Counted from the stretch's first letter, positions 1-13,278 are shown. The stretch is 64,000 nt of DNA from Malacoraja senta (GCA_038087875.1 CM075990.1:11286001-11350000), one strand, 5' to 3'. Notes: generated from the sequence alone by a model not told the origin. A program made the numbers and translations.

Positions 1-199
1 AGAAATTTGCACTAGCTGCTGTTATATCCACCAGAATTTGGAGGTTTAAGGCAAAATGTTTGCAAGATATTAAGGAGATATTGGTTGGCAGACTAGCCCT
101 CCGTGCTAGTGTCTGAAAACTAGGGCCCGATCTTTCATTGATGAAGTTAGGAAGCTCTCCGGCAAAGAAAGGCTGGTAGGAAAATAGAACTATGTTATG

Positions 200-413
200 G
201 AATCATAGAGTCGTACAGCGTGGAAACAGGCCCTTCAGCCCACACCGGCCAACATGTCCCATCTACACTAGTGCCACCTGCCTGCATTTGGCCCATATCC
301 TTCTAAACCTGTTCTATCCATGTACCTGTCTAAATGTTTCTTAAACGTTGCAATAGTACCTGCCTCAACTACCTCCTCCGGCAGTTCGTTTCATACACCC
401 ACTACCCTTTGTG
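200..413 (-). mobile_element. CR1/HER1-type LINE 3' fragment
   Basis: Reverse complement of the same 3' end seen at 36985-37280 and 32648-33063 (…gggcctgtttccacgctgtacgactctatga). Confidence 0.75.
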
Positions 414-635
414 TCTTCTGTGAACTCTGTTAAATTTGAGGTGGGTGGATGTTAGTTTACCTAAGCTACTAAGAGATGGTGGGCGAATGTCATAGTCATT
501 TGGTGGGCGAATGTTACAGATCCTTCATGATTTCAGTGATAGTAATGTCATCTCAAGGGGCTGAATGGCCTCTTCTCCAGTCTGTGCCAATGTTATTATT
601 CTCTAGATGGGAGATTGGATAAAGATAACACAATA

Positions 636-947
636 GGCGTGGCACGGTGGTGCCGCGGTAGAGTTGCCACCTTACAGCACAAGAGTCCCGTGTTCGATCC
701 TGACTGCGTGTGCTGTCTGTAAGGAGTCTGTACGTTCGCCCTGTGACCGTGTGGGTTTCCTCCAGGTGCTCCCGTTTCCTCCCACACTCAAAGACGTACA
801 GGTTTGTAGGTTAATTGCCCCTCTGTAAATTGTCCCACGTGTGTAGGATACAACTAATGGACGAGGTGATCGCTGTCCGCGTGGACTCGGTGGGCTGAAG
901 GGCCTGTTCCACACTGCATCTCTGAACAAAACTAAACTAAATTAAAC
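636..947 (+). mobile_element. HE1-like tRNA-derived SINE (V-SINE type)
   Basis: Head GGCACGGTGG with B box GTTCGATCC, body GTGGGTTTCCTCC…TTCCTCCCACACTCAAAGAC, LINE-like tail GGGCCTGTT…(AAACT)n; over ten related copies in the window. Confidence 0.85.
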
Positions 948-2218
948 AACATATAAAAATCTAAAGATTAAATAGTAATTTAATTTAACTTTTTTTATTG
1001 TAAATTTACCATGATATTGTACCACGTGTTGTAAGAATGAGGAAACTGAGTTCACATTCAGTTAAATCAAGGTTTGTCCTTTATGGTAATCTCAGTTTTT
1101 CACCTTGCGTTCGAGCCCCTTGATTCTTGTTCTGACAAAGTACATCACTCACGGTTCTGCACTGTGGGGTTAAGATATTTTTCAGCTGTGCCGTGCTTCC
1201 TAATACCAGCCCCGAACATCTCTGCCTGATTATAAAAGTGCGTGCCCAATCCCGTCTCTGCCCATCAGTGGAAATATTCCTCTCCACTCCGGCAATCCAT
1301 TTAATCATCTTAAACATCTGAAATTGAGAACCTCTTAATCTTCTGGCCTGGGGGATACAAGATGTCTCCGCAACCTCCCCTTCCTAATTTACCATACCAT
1401 TCTTTAGGTGGCTGCTTGCTGCCCTCTCCAAGGTCAGTCTGCCTTACCTACCTCAGGTCCTGTGGCATATGACTGAGTTGCATATTTCCAAGGGGGTTTG
1501 ACCAGACTCTTATATAAACCGAAACAAATCCCTTGTGTTTCCTGAGCCTCCTTCAGTTAAAGGACAACATCCAATTATCCTTTATTTTTCCCCCCGACAC
1601 AATAATGCATTTTAATGATTTAACCCATTTAGCACACTGCATTTGTAACCAAATGGGAAAAGAGAAATTATCAAATTGCTTTTTAAAATACCCTTGGCAG
1701 CCAGCAAGAATTCCATTCTGCCCCTGGCTCTGCTCAGTTGTAACGCTGTGTTTTTTCCCCTCTTTTCCCTCAATGGTCTCTCGTTGGGATGTTATTGGAA
1801 ATATCTCCTTGAGTGAACAAGGAGCCATTATCAATACACTTTTTCTCCGTGAAACTAAAGATTGAAGCTTTGCTCAATTTTTGCGTTGCTGATTGCTATA
1901 TCAGGACTGAATCCAATAAATTAGCTTTTTTTCACAGTCTCGAGCAGCAGCAGTGCTGGATCCTATCCTATTAAACGCTGCTGTCAGCATTGCCAGCTGA
2001 TTCACAGCTGGAGAAGTGCAATTCCCCATTGATGTTTCGGCAACTGGCCTCAAAAGTACAATTTCCCACTGGCTCCCCCCGAGGACCTGTTACTAGAGCC
2101 CAGCGGAGGGAAGGGAAATCAGTTCAACTTTCTTCAGGTCTAGCCAGTTTCTTAAAGACATTTATCGCCGGGAGCCATCCCCTTTTTCACCCATTACTGA
2201 GTTGCTGAGGAGCCAAAA

Positions 2219-2442
2219 AACACACAAAGTGCTGGAGTAAACTCAGCAGGTCAGACAGTATCTCTGGACAACATGATAGGTGATGTTTTGGGTCAGGACC
2301 CTTCTTCAGACTCAGTCTGAAAAAGAGTCGCAACTGAAATGTTACCTATCCATGTTCTCCAGACACGCTGCCTGAACCGCTGAGTGACTCCAGCACTTTG
2401 TGACTTTTTTTGTAAACCAACATCTGCGGTTCCTTGTGTCTA
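2219..2442. mobile_element. Penelope-derived terminal repeat, inverted (fold-back) pair
   Basis: Arms of about 85-90 bp (cacaaagtgctggagtaa…cccttcttcagact / agtctgaa…ctccagcactttgtg) centred near 2313. Confidence 0.8.
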
Positions 2443-2624
2443 TATTTTCCCAATGAGTGAGAGCACAATCAATAGATTAAAGCCAAATAAATTCAGGGGT
2501 AATGGGGAGAAGGCAGGAGAATGGGGTTGAGAGGGAAGTTAGATCAGGCATGATTGAATGAACGGAGTAGACTTGATGGACTGAATGGCCTCATTCTTCT
2601 CCGATAACTTATGAACTTGTGAAA

Positions 2625-2824
2625 NNNNNNNNNNNNNNNNNNNNNNNNNNNNNNNNNNNNNNNNNNNNNNNNNNNNNNNNNNNNNNNNNNNNNNNNNNNN
2701 NNNNNNNNNNNNNNNNNNNNNNNNNNNNNNNNNNNNNNNNNNNNNNNNNNNNNNNNNNNNNNNNNNNNNNNNNNNNNNNNNNNNNNNNNNNNNNNNNNNN
2801 NNNNNNNNNNNNNNNNNNNNNNNN
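2625..2824. other. Assembly gap (200 N)
   Basis: Run of 200 N. Confidence 1.
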
Positions 2825-3006
2825 TCATTCCACCATTCCATGAGCCACATTTCAAATTTGTCCATGTGTTCCAAGCAAGCATTTTCGTGCTGCACTAAGA
2901 GGACAGCATATTGGTCATTATTTTAATGAGATCCTTCCTTCAGTGTACAATTGAGTGCTAAAATCCTCACAAGACTTTTTAGTGAAGTCCTAAGGGTCTA
3001 GCTTGT

Positions 3007-3620
3007 GGGCGGCACGGTGGCGCAGCGGTAGTTGCTGCTTTACAGTGAATTCATTGCTGGAGACCCGGGTTCGATCCTGACTACAGCTGCTGTCTGTACG
3101 GAGTTTGTACGTTCTTCCTGTGACCTGCGTGGGTTTTCTCCGAGATCTTCGGTTTCCTCCCACACTCCGAGATGGACAGATATGTAGGTTAATTGTGTTA
3201 AAGAAGGAACTGCAGATGCTGGAAAATCAAAGGTACACAAAAATGCTGGAGAAATTCAGCGAGTGCAGCAGCATCTATGGAGCGAAGGAAATAGGTAACG
3301 TTTCGGGCCGAAACCCTTCTTCAGACTGATAGGGGGTGGGGAGAAGAAAGGAAAAAAGGAAAAAGGCGGAGGAGGAGCCCGAGGGCTGGGGGAGGGGAGG
3401 AGACAACCGGATGGCTGATGAAGGGGAGGGGACAGCAAGGGCTAGCAGAATTGGGAGATTAATTTACCAAGCCAATTAACATAGGTTAATTGGCTTGGTA
3501 AATGTAAAAATTGTCCCTAGTAGGTATAGGATAGTGTTAAGGTGCGGGGATTGCTGGTCGGCGCGGACCCAGTGGGCCGAAAGGGCCTGTTTCCGCGCTG
3601 TATCTCTAAACTAAACTAAA
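3007..3620 (+). mobile_element. HE1-like SINE interrupted by a Penelope fragment (about 3197-3460)
   Basis: SINE head GGGCGGCACGGTGGCGCAGCGG at 3007; body stops at TAGGTTAATTG (~3195) and resumes with the same motif at 3482; the insert matches the reverse complement of 31190-31400. Confidence 0.85.
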
Positions 3621-3857
3621 AGTTCAACATTACATATGTAACTGAAACCAGGAAATTCAGGAAATGTTCAGCAGGTCACGCAGCATCTGTGGAAAGAGAA
3701 ACTGAGTTAACATTTTAATATGAAGGAAGGTCTGAAACTTTCAGATGGAGATGATACAAAGCTTTGCATTTGTTGTCTGAGCAAGAGTTGCTAGCAATCG
3801 TTTTGCTGGAATTAGTGAACAGTCCAGGGTCACTTTGAAAGAATGGGTAGAAATAAA

Positions 3858-4048
3858 TAACTGCAGGTGCTGGTTAATACACAAATTGCTGGAGTAACTC
3901 AGCAGGTCAGGCAGCATCTCTGGAGAACATGGATACTGTAGGTGACGTTCGGATCTGAAAAGGGGCCTCAACCCGAAACATTACCTATCTATATTCTCCT
4001 GAGATGCTGCCTGACCCACTGAGTCGCTCCAGCACTTTGTGCCTTTTT
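3858..4048. mobile_element. Penelope-derived fold-back repeat
   Basis: tgctggagtaactcagcaggtcaggcagcatctc … gagatgctgcctgacccactgagtcgctccagca inverted arms. Confidence 0.75.
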
Positions 4049-4824
4049 GAATGTATAGCTGGTGTTTTGGGGGCATTAAACAAGAATTCCCATTTGGTGT
4101 AGTTCATGCACAACATTTCATGTAGATTCAAGGTCCAAAGGATCAAAGTAAAACATATTTCAATATGGTGGGATCTGAAACTTTGACTCAGTTTTCCTCT
4201 CCATGAATGCTGCCTGACTTGCTGAATGTTTACAGCATTTTCTGGTGGTATTTTGGATTTCCAGCATTTGCAGTTTTTAACACCTTTTCAATTACTCCCC
4301 AACTGATGTCGTCAAAGTAGATTTGCTGATCTTAGGTTCTCATTGCTGTTGTGGGCTCAGGCCAAACAGATGCCGACCCAATGACAGTATATGTACTTTG
4401 GAGATATTTGTCTTCTAGACTAGTCTGTGGGTCTCCCGCGAGAGACATTAAGCAGTGTGGCAAGTCCTGAACGCTGACTATTGTGAAGCTGATCATTACA
4501 TCCCACCCAAGAACAAATTTGAGTTTGATTGGCCATCACTTTTGCAAACAAACCTGTTGAAACCTCACTCGCCATGTGGAACATTCCATTCAGTGTGATT
4601 GCAGTAGTCAATTTTCTGTGATGAAATTGGCCGAACATCAATTGCATGCAGTAATGCTGTAAGCTAATGATGTGCATTACCCAGAAATAAGCCTCTTGAC
4701 CTTTTCACAGCGAGTCAGAAGGAATGAGTAGGATATCAAGTTTGTCTCACGACGTCACCCATTTAGAAAGGTGCAAAGAAGAATAATCAGGGCAGCTTAG
4801 GTCTGTGGTGCCTGAAGACTGGTG

Positions 4825-4990
4825 TGTGAAGAAGGGTCTCGACCCGAAATGTCACCCATTCCTTCTATAGACACAAAGTGCTGGAGTAACTCAGCGGGAC
4901 AAACAGCATCTCTGGAGAGAAGGAATGGCTGATGTTTCGGGTCGAGACCCGTCTTCAGCCTGAAACGTCACCCATTCCTTCTCTCCATTT
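4825..4990. mobile_element. Cluster of Penelope-derived repeat pieces in alternating orientation
   Basis: gaagaagggtctcgacccgaaatgtcacccatt followed by an opposite-strand copy and a further partial copy. Confidence 0.75.
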
Positions 4991-5274
4991 TGGGTGTAAC
5001 TTTGGCCTGAAGACCAGCTGTGCTCACTATAGGTGTTAATTTGGATTCCCACCCCAAACCTAAAGTGCGAGGGTACTGTCCAGAATGAGACCAATTGCAT
5101 ATTAGAGTAGTCACCAGCAACTGACACGAGGTCTCACCTTACTCCTGCTAAATCCACTGACAAGACAGTCCAACCACACTCATAATAAAATTCATCGCAT
5201 GAGTTCAGGGGGGGGGGTGAAGTATTGTGGAAACTAAGGGGGAAAATAGCAATTGCTTTCCAATGACTCTCAGT

Positions 5275-5303
5275 CTGAAGAAAGGGTCTCGACCCGAAAC
5301 GTC
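5275..5303 (+). ncRNA. Minimal type I hammerhead-ribozyme-like core in Penelope repeat
   Basis: CUGAAGA-(AA)-GGGU CUCG ACCC-GAAAC-GUC. Confidence 0.55.
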
Positions 5304-5694
5304 ACCCATTCCTTTTCTCCAGAAAATCCCGAAAATGTCGCGACCCTTCTTCAGGCTGAGAGTCAGGGAAGAGGGAAACTAGAGATAATGAAAAGGTACC
5401 TAATAAATCAGAGCCGGCATCAAAGACCAAAGAAAGGTGGAGCCCAAAATGATCCATTGTTGGCTGTGTCCTCTCTCTCTCTCTCTCTGCATTTTTAGTA
5501 ATTGATCTTTCTTAAGAACATTTGATGATTTTCAGCACAATACTGTGATGGTATGTTACGATGCTGAGTGCATTCTTCTATTCTCTGGACAAAATCGACT
5601 TTTGGACATCGGTAAAACGGGAACCCAGGGATCGACTTGTTCCTCATACAATCTTTTTTGGACATGCCAAGATGGTTTTACAGCCAAAGAAACA

Positions 5695-5945
5695 ACATTT
5701 AAAGTGTAGTCACTGTTACAATCTAGGAAAATCAGCAGCTAAATTAGGCAAAGCAAGCTGTCACAGAAAACAATGTGATTACAATCAATAATATGTTGTT
5801 AGTAACATTTAAGTTGAATAGAACATTCAGCATACACTGCAACCCCAACTCTTCTCTAAAGCAGTGTGACAAAAACATTTAAGCCCAATTAAATGAACAG
5901 ACAGGGCCTTGATTTAAAGTCTCATTGGAAATGACGCCAATTATC
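5695..5945 (-). mobile_element. Ancient DeuSINE/SacSINE1-like fragment
   Basis: aagtgtagtcactgttacaat…gggccttgatttaaagtctcattggaa resembles, from memory, the reverse complement of the Deu-domain SINE body; related diverged copies elsewhere in the window. Confidence 0.5.
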
Positions 5946-5999
5946 CACTTCAGGGAATATTAGCTGCCCACCACAGGGTTATCTAACTCCTCTGCTTAG

Positions 6000-6630
6000 A
6001 TAGGTACAAAGTGCTGGAGTAACTCAGCGGGTCAGGCTGCATCTCTGGAGAAAATGGATAGGTGACATTTTGTGTCGGGACCCTTCTTCAGACACAAAAA
6101 AACTGCCAAAAATCGACACAAAGTGCTGGAGTAACTCAGCAGGTCAGGTATGATTTCTGGAGAACAGAGATGTTGCTTGACCCGAAAATAGATGTGGACA
6201 CGAAAAGCTGGAGTAACTCAGCGGGACAGGCAGCATCTCTGGAGAGAAGGAATGGGTGATGTTTCAGGTCGAGACCCTTCTTCAGACTGGTTAGGGATAA
6301 GGAAAACGAGAGATATAGATGGTGATGTGGAGAGATAAAGAACTATAAATGAAAGATGTGCAAAAACGTAACGATGATAAAAGAAACAGGACATTGTAAA
6401 CTGTTTGTAGGGTGAAAATGAGAAGCTAGTGCGACTTGGGTGAGGGAGGGATAGAGAGAGGGGGAATGCCGGGGCTCCTTGAAGTGAGAGAAATCAATAT
6501 TCATACCACTGCCCAAGCGAAATATGAGATGCTGTTCCTCCAATTTCCGTTTTGCCTCACTCTGACAATGGAGGAGACCGAGGAGAGAAAGCTGCTTGAC
6601 CACTGAGTTACTCCAGCACTCTGTGTCTCT
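6000..6630 (-). mobile_element. Penelope-like element 3' end: GIY-YIG endonuclease C-terminus, 3' UTR and tandem terminal repeats
   Basis: Translation LLHCQSEAKRKLEEQHLIFRLGS..GMNIDFSHF matches the C-terminus of Penelope/Poseidon GIY-YIG domains; followed on the same strand by several copies of the terminal repeat. Confidence 0.8.
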
Positions 6631-8219
6631 TTCAGTTTTAGATTGTTGCTTTTGTCATTTATAAACGCGGTGATCCTGTGTGAGAAACTGAACGGCTGGA
6701 ACATTAGCAATTTAGCCAATTAATTGAAAGGGATATTGCCCACACAAATAATAATTTGATTCAGTTATTTGGGGGAATTGAATGCCTTCTGACTGGCACA
6801 CCTTGGGTTATGGAAGGAGAAAATAACATGAATTGACACTGAATTTGTTGATTCACCCAACCAAATATTTGCTCGGGTCATGGATTCCTCGCTTCCCTTA
6901 TGTGTTAATGCAAATTAAAATATAATGTGAAGAAGTATGAACCATGGCATTATTGGTCATGTTGGACAGTTCAATTTAGAGCGTTCATTAACTAGTCCAT
7001 GTTGGCTTATGCTAATGTAAAATGAAAGCTAACTTATCAGAGGGAATAATGAAAATTCTCACAAAACAAGCTGGAGAAGTGAAAAGCAAATGATTTCATT
7101 GTTATTTTATTGCTGTGGAGAAAGATAACAGGTTTTGCTGCAACATTATCAAAGAGTCAAGGCCAATAATTCATTGAAACTGCTGCTGCTTCATATTAAG
7201 AAGTGGATTGCATTTCATAAGGGGTCATAAAGACCCTTCGTTTGTACGAAGGTTAGGGCAGCATCTCATTAGTGCTGTGCTGCTGCATGCACAGCTAAGG
7301 ATATGTTTTAAGATAGATTCATCAAAAATATATTTTAGTGAAAAGAATTCAAATCAGAAAACAAAAATCTAATTGCTTGCTCATTTTGAGTTTTCTATTT
7401 TTAATCCTTGGCAGTAAAATAAAACATAGAACATCCAATTAGGGAAATGATGGGGCAAAGAGTTTTCAACAGAACTGCATGAAATAAGGAAGATGTGTTT
7501 GGAAATTCAGTCTCCAGAGGAAAGGCTTTGAAAGCAGAAAGAGGAAGAGCTCCTCAAGGCTGCAAGCAACACAATCGTGAGCAGAAGGTGCTGCAACAGG
7601 GGAACTGAATTGAAAAAATTGTAGCTCGCCTTATAGCATCAAAAGCTTCATCAGAAAAACTTGGACATTTTCTGTCCTGATAGTTATTGAATTATGCAGT
7701 GTGGATGACCCTATTTGGTCTATTGTGTCTTTGATAGAACTATGCAATTGATTCCCATCCCTTTCCCCATAGTCTTGCAAATGTTTTCTTTTTAAGTATG
7801 TACTTTGGCTCCTTTAACCCCTTGATGATACAAACTAAAAACCCTTGTGTTTTCTAACAGTAACATTGGTCTCTTCCCTTCATTACTGTCTCCATTGTTA
7901 GTCATACTTATTTGGAGTGCAGAATTATGTATAGTAAAATATTTACTGAAGTGCATGTAAAAAGGAATTTCACTGCACCTAGGTATATGTGAGAATAAAT
8001 TACCATTGAACCATTGAAGGCTTTCATACCACAAGAGTGTAAAATTCATTCTGTGCAGGAGAGTAATATTATACTCTAAAGCCATATCATCTTTCCAGTA
8101 TAATAAACATAGGTATTTAAATACATTTGAAGAGCTAGGGGCTCTTCATTAGAGGCTAGGGGTATCTTTAGTTTGCAGATGATAAGTAAAATATGCTAAA
8201 GTATGTTTAAAAAACAATT

Positions 8220-8408
8220 GTACACAAAGTAACTCTGCAGGTCAGGTATTATCTCTAGAGAACATGGATTCTTCAGTCTGAAGAAGGGTCTCGACCCAAA
8301 AAGTCACTTAACCATGTTCTGCAGAGATGCTGCCTGACCCACTGAGTTACTCCAACACTTTGTGTCTTTTTTTGGTCAACCAACCTTTGCAGTTCCTTGT
8401 TTCTACAT
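8220..8408. mobile_element. Penelope-derived repeat (partial fold-back)
   Basis: cagtctgaagaagggtctcgaccc…gagatgctgcctgacccactgagttactcc. Confidence 0.75.
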
Positions 8409-8464
8409 TTAGTTAGGTTAAATCTTTTCTCACTTAGCTGATCAGGAAAGTTTGTGGAAGAGTT

Positions 8465-8830
8465 GTGGTAGAAAATGTGGCAGTTAATTTGTACACAGCA
8501 AGCCTCTATATACAGTGATACAAAACTGACATGATACACTGTGCTCTGTGAGTAATGGAGGGGATAAATATTGATCAGAACATCGGAAAACTCTCTTGAT
8601 TTAAGGAAGGATTGTCAGTCAGGCCAATTTTTATCTTTCAATGTTGTTACAAAATCTTTTAACTTGCACTTGAATGGACAAATGGGATATATTAATATTC
8701 CATCCAAGACTAACATCTAGATGTTGCAACCCATTCTCGGTGTAACCGTGGAGTGTTAGGCTGTGATCAGTCCCTAGAATGTACTTTAAGGCTTGCTGAG
8801 GCAGTAATGTTAATAACACGAAGATTGACT
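8465..8830 (-). mobile_element. Ancient DeuSINE/SacSINE1-like fragment
   Basis: gtagaaaatgtggcagttaatttgtacacagcaag…gagggataaatattgatcagaacatcgg, diverged relative of 5695-5945 and 18800-19035. Confidence 0.45.
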
Positions 8831-9135
8831 CACACCGGGAACGATCATTCAGTTGTTTCTGAGATATTTTAAATCACAGTCTGCAGACTTCAATTATCCT
8901 CAAGAGTGGGTAGTTCTGGCTGTGCAATGGGCCTTTTAGTTACTTGGAGGTTTTTTTGAGCTCCACAGACAGCTGACATTTTCATTTACTGGAGACTCTG
9001 TTTTAGTTTCAGTTCTAGTTTTAGAATCCTCTGCCCAGGATAAGCCTGCGTTTGTTTGTTTGTTTGTTTGTTCGTTCCGGTTAAGGCAGCCAGCCAACAG
9101 TCGTTTGTCTTTTTCTTTTGTTTCCACCTTTAATT

Positions 9136-9229
9136 TCAAGTTTTCGTGTACCTTGTTGTGTGTTGTGACTGTTGGCTGACCAATTTCCCTCCAGGGATGA
9201 ATGAAGTTTTATCGTATCGTATCGTATCG
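9136..9229 (+). mobile_element. Rex1/Babar-type 3' tail with (ATCGT)n
   Basis: caatttccctccagggatgaatgaagtttt followed by (atcgt)4. Confidence 0.55.
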
Positions 9230-9439
9230 TGACTCGAGGTCAAGTCTGGTGAGTTCTTGACAATAAAACAGCTTGCTTTCCTCAAAGGATTCTGATGAAG
9301 GGTCATCAGTGTGAAAAATGACCCCAATTCTATCTCCACCACCTTTTTATCAGCATTTTCTATTTTTATTTCAGAATACAGTACTAGCCTGCATAGTTTT
9401 TTCTTCATGTACCCGCCTGTTACAGTTGTGCAAGACATA

Positions 9440-9922
9440 CACTGTAGGCCTGACTTGGAATATTGTGTTCGGTTTTGGTCACACTGTTATCGGAAGGATA
9501 CCGTGAAGATTTACGAGGATGTTGATAGGACTTGAGGGCCTGATCTTTATGGAGAGGTTGGTTATGCTTGGATTTTATTTCTTGCAGTGCAGAAGGCTGC
9601 AGGGTGATATAAAGGTGCATAAAATAATGAGAGGAATAGGTAGGGTAAATGCACAATCTTTTTCCCAGGGTAGGGGAAACAAGAGGTAAATGGCATGGAT
9701 TTAAGGTGAGAGGGGAAAGATTTAATAGGAACTTGAGTTATCAGAGGAAGTGGTTGAGGCATGTATAATTAGCATATTTGGACAGGAACATGGATAGGAA
9801 TGGTTTAGAGGGTTATGGGCCAAATGCAGGTAAGGGGGGATAGCTTAGATGGGGCATCTTGGTTGGAAAGGACAAGTTGGGCCTAAAGGCTTATTTCACT
9901 GTTGTATGATTCTATGACTCTA
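9440..9922 (+). mobile_element. CR1/HER1-type LINE 3' fragment, degraded
   Basis: RPDLEYCVRFWS translation; tail tgattctatgactct. Confidence 0.8.
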
Positions 9923-10359
9923 ATCCGCCATCACTGGAATCAATCTGTGAAACATTCGCTGCACTCCTTCAACTGTTTATACTGTATCCCTGCTTAGGTG
10001 GGATGGCCAGAACAGTGCACAATATCCAAGATGTTGTTTCACCATTGTCTTAAATATTAGAGCAAGAAGCCCTCTCCTTGTCACAAATCCTCTTACAATA
10101 AAGGTAAACAACCATGTGCCTTCCTAATTGCTTGTTAAATGTTCATATTCACTTTTAGTGATTCGCGAGAAGAACTTCTAGGTCTCTCAGTACACAAATA
10201 CCTTTCAAATATTAATAAACTTTTTCTATACGTTCTACCAAAATGGATGGCCTAATGGTTTTTAATGTTATATTCCATAGGTCATGTCTTTGTCCATTTC
10301 CTTAGCCAGGTAATATCCACGCAAAGCTTCTCTGCATCTACTTCACATTTCAATACAAT

Positions 10360-10702
10360 TTTATTTGTCTTTTGGACAAATTTGTCATTTGGACCCCGTT
10401 GAGGTCCAAACGAAATGTCGTTTCTGCAGCCATACATTACAAAACGAAGAAGACCCGAGACACAACACAATTTACACATACATCCATCACAGCGCTGTGA
10501 TGGAAGGCAAAAAAACGTATCTCTCCACTGCACTCCCCCCCCCGCCGATGTCAGAGTCAAAGTCAAAGCCCCCGGCGGGCGATGGTGATTATCCCGCGGC
10601 CATTAAAGCCACGCCGGTTAATGCAAGGTCGCACACCGGGTCTTGGTGTTAGAGCCCCGGCGCGCGCTCACAAAGTCCGGCGGGGTTCTAACACCAAGAC
10701 CC
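10360..10702 (-). mobile_element. Non-autonomous GC-rich retroelement fragment with Rex-like tail, inserted in an old CR1
   Basis: Shares acatccat/cca..ag and ctgtgatggaaggcaaaaa with 34273-34985; abrupt GC shift relative to the flanks. Confidence 0.5.
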
Positions 10703-12529
10703 TGCTATCTAGCTTCATTCTGCTATCTAGCTTTGTGTAAAAAAAAAAAGTTGGAAATATTACTCTTGATCCCCTCATTCAATCATTGCTAACGGCTGGG
10801 GATGCAGAACCAATCTTTGCAGCAACTGTCTGCTCACAGTCTCCAAACCTCAAAAGAATCCATTCATTCTTTCTCTCCACCATCTGTCCATTGGCCAATC
10901 TACATTCCCCACTGGTACATTATTCCCATTACTGTCTATTGTGATTTTGTGCAATCATCTCTTCGGTTGAATATCTCCTGACAGGCTCAATATGCAACAT
11001 CCACTGGTTCGTTCTTTTCTCTTCCATTAGTTACAATCTCCGAAACGTGCAACAGATTTGTCATACGTGACTTCCCTTCCACAAATCAGTGTTGATTCAG
11101 CCTAATCCCATCATGATTTTCCAAGTGTCCTGTCACCACTTCCCTACTAATAGATTCCAGCTTTTTTCCTGCTGCTGATGTCAGGCTCACTGATTTATAG
11201 TTTGCCGTTTTCTCTCTTCTTTGGAATGCTGTTCAGCCGCATGTTGGTGGTTTGAATAGGAATCTCATGGTGAAGGTGATGTTGTAATGCCACAGCATCA
11301 TACAGCACGGAAAAGGGCCATTCAGTTCACCATGGCCACATCAAGCAGTGGTCATCCATTCATATTATTCCTACCTTTCAGCGCTTGGCCCATAGCCATT
11401 TACTCTCTAGGGGTTTCAAGTGCTTATCTAAGCACTTCTCAAATCCTCTCACTTACTCTGCTTCCATCGCCCCCTCTGGCAATGTACTCCGCCACTCTCT
11501 GGGTGAAAATAATCCCACTCAGATACCCCCCTAAATCTTCTACTCCTCTTACTCCTTACCCAAGAACTGTGTTACGGGTAACATTTGAGTTTGGCATTTC
11601 TAATCAGTTATTGCTTGCAACAGATTATAAAAGAAACCTTCAGTGAAATCTGGTTTGAGCAGAATAGAAGAATGCAGGATAAAAAAATGGATGGAATGTT
11701 AATTGAAATCTAACAGCACACAGGGGATTGCAATACAAGATGAGGGAAATGTTTGACAAAGCAAACCAGATGAAAAAGGACTGCCTAGTTTTATTCACAA
11801 TCTTTGTCGAAATTGTTCATGTATCTACATAATAGATTTTCACCTTCAGACTTTGTATGGAGGCAATGGCAATAATTTCTCATGTACATTCCATTCAATG
11901 TCCTTGTGGCGTCCCCTGCCATAGGGTTCATTGGACAGCATTGTCGTCAGATGGCCTCCATCTATGCTGCATCATTCTTCGGTTCTGTGTGTTATTAAGG
12001 AATGATAGCCTTTATAATGAATTTCTTTCATGGTGGAATTTGGCCCTGATATCTGCCAGTTTACCTGTCTGCCTCTTGAAGACCCAACACAATAGTTCCC
12101 CTGGAACTATCTCAGGTGAAAGCAGAACCTTCAAAACAGGATCTTTCAGAGTGATCGGCAGTATATATTTTCACTTGTTTTAAGATCTTTTGAGGTTGAC
12201 AATTGAGTGTTCTATCAAATGTCCCCAAGGAATGTCTTGTTGGTTTTTCTTTCTTTGTATAACAATGCCCATTTTTATTTCTTTACGGTAGTCAATGAAT
12301 GAAAAGATAGTTGGCTCCAACTAAATCATTTGCCATCACATATTGGGAAAGGAAGTATGTTAACTTTTTTATTTTCAGCACAACCTTTCTTGACCTCCTC
12401 ACCTTCTTTAATTGTTGGACAGCTTGCCTGACATCCAACACTGGAAGAGCCCTCTGTCCAAACACTGGGACATCTGAAGACACATTCTTCAGTCCTGGTC
12501 TCAAACTCCATTTCATATTAATTGATTCC

Positions 12530-13080
12530 ATCCTTCTTCCTGACATCTGTCTGAAGCTCAACTGCACTGTTCACAATCTTGGTGTCATATTTGGCCCGGA
12601 GGTGAATTTTCACATCTGCGCACTCTCTCAGAGCAACGATTTACATTTCCATAACACCGCCAACCACAATCCTGTGTTAAAGCAACCCCTATCCATGCTT
12701 TATTATTTATACTTCTGGCTATTGCAACATCCTCTTGGCCCGCGGCATTCTTTCTGCCCTCCATAACCTAGTTATTCAAAAGTTTGCTGCCTATGCTGTA
12801 ATTAGCACCAACTCCTTTCTGAACTTCACCCTTGATTGCTGATCCAGGCTGGGTCCTGATTAAGCAAATATTCGATTGTAAGATTCTTGGCTTCTCTCCA
12901 AAATGCCCTCAAGGCGTCAAACCCTTTGCATGTCTGCTATTTTGTCCTTGTGATGGTTACTGAATGTAATCCCTCCATCATCGGCAGCATGACTGTTCCA
13001 GTTTCCTGCTCTCCATCGTTCTGTATCTATGGTACTCCTTAAAACCCATCCCTTTGTTCACCTGGTAAATGGGGTTATTC
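12530..13080 (+). mobile_element. Old L2 LINE 3' fragment
   Basis: Translation VHNLGVIFGPEVNF resembles the L2 RT C-terminal motif (RNLGVIFD.xLxF); heavily frameshifted. Confidence 0.6.
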
Positions 13081-13278
13081 TGATGGAGCTGGATGCATAA
13101 GCTTGGGAGGGGGCTTGAGTGGAGAATTAAGGTCACCATGAGCTTCTTTGCTGTGCTGGACATCCATTCCCTGGCTATGCTAACCCTCCTCACACGGGGA
13201 TCCACCCTCGAACCTCCAATCTCGAGGTCAGGAATAACAGGCAGTGATGATTTTCCCCAGATGTATGTTTACCACATG

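Noticed and set aside
2539..2895. ORFs spanning the first N run (likewise 58554-58878)
   Set aside because: Artefacts of translating assembly gaps.
3007..3085. tRNA genes at SINE heads
   Set aside because: A and B boxes are present but continue into the SINE body; no full cloverleaf.
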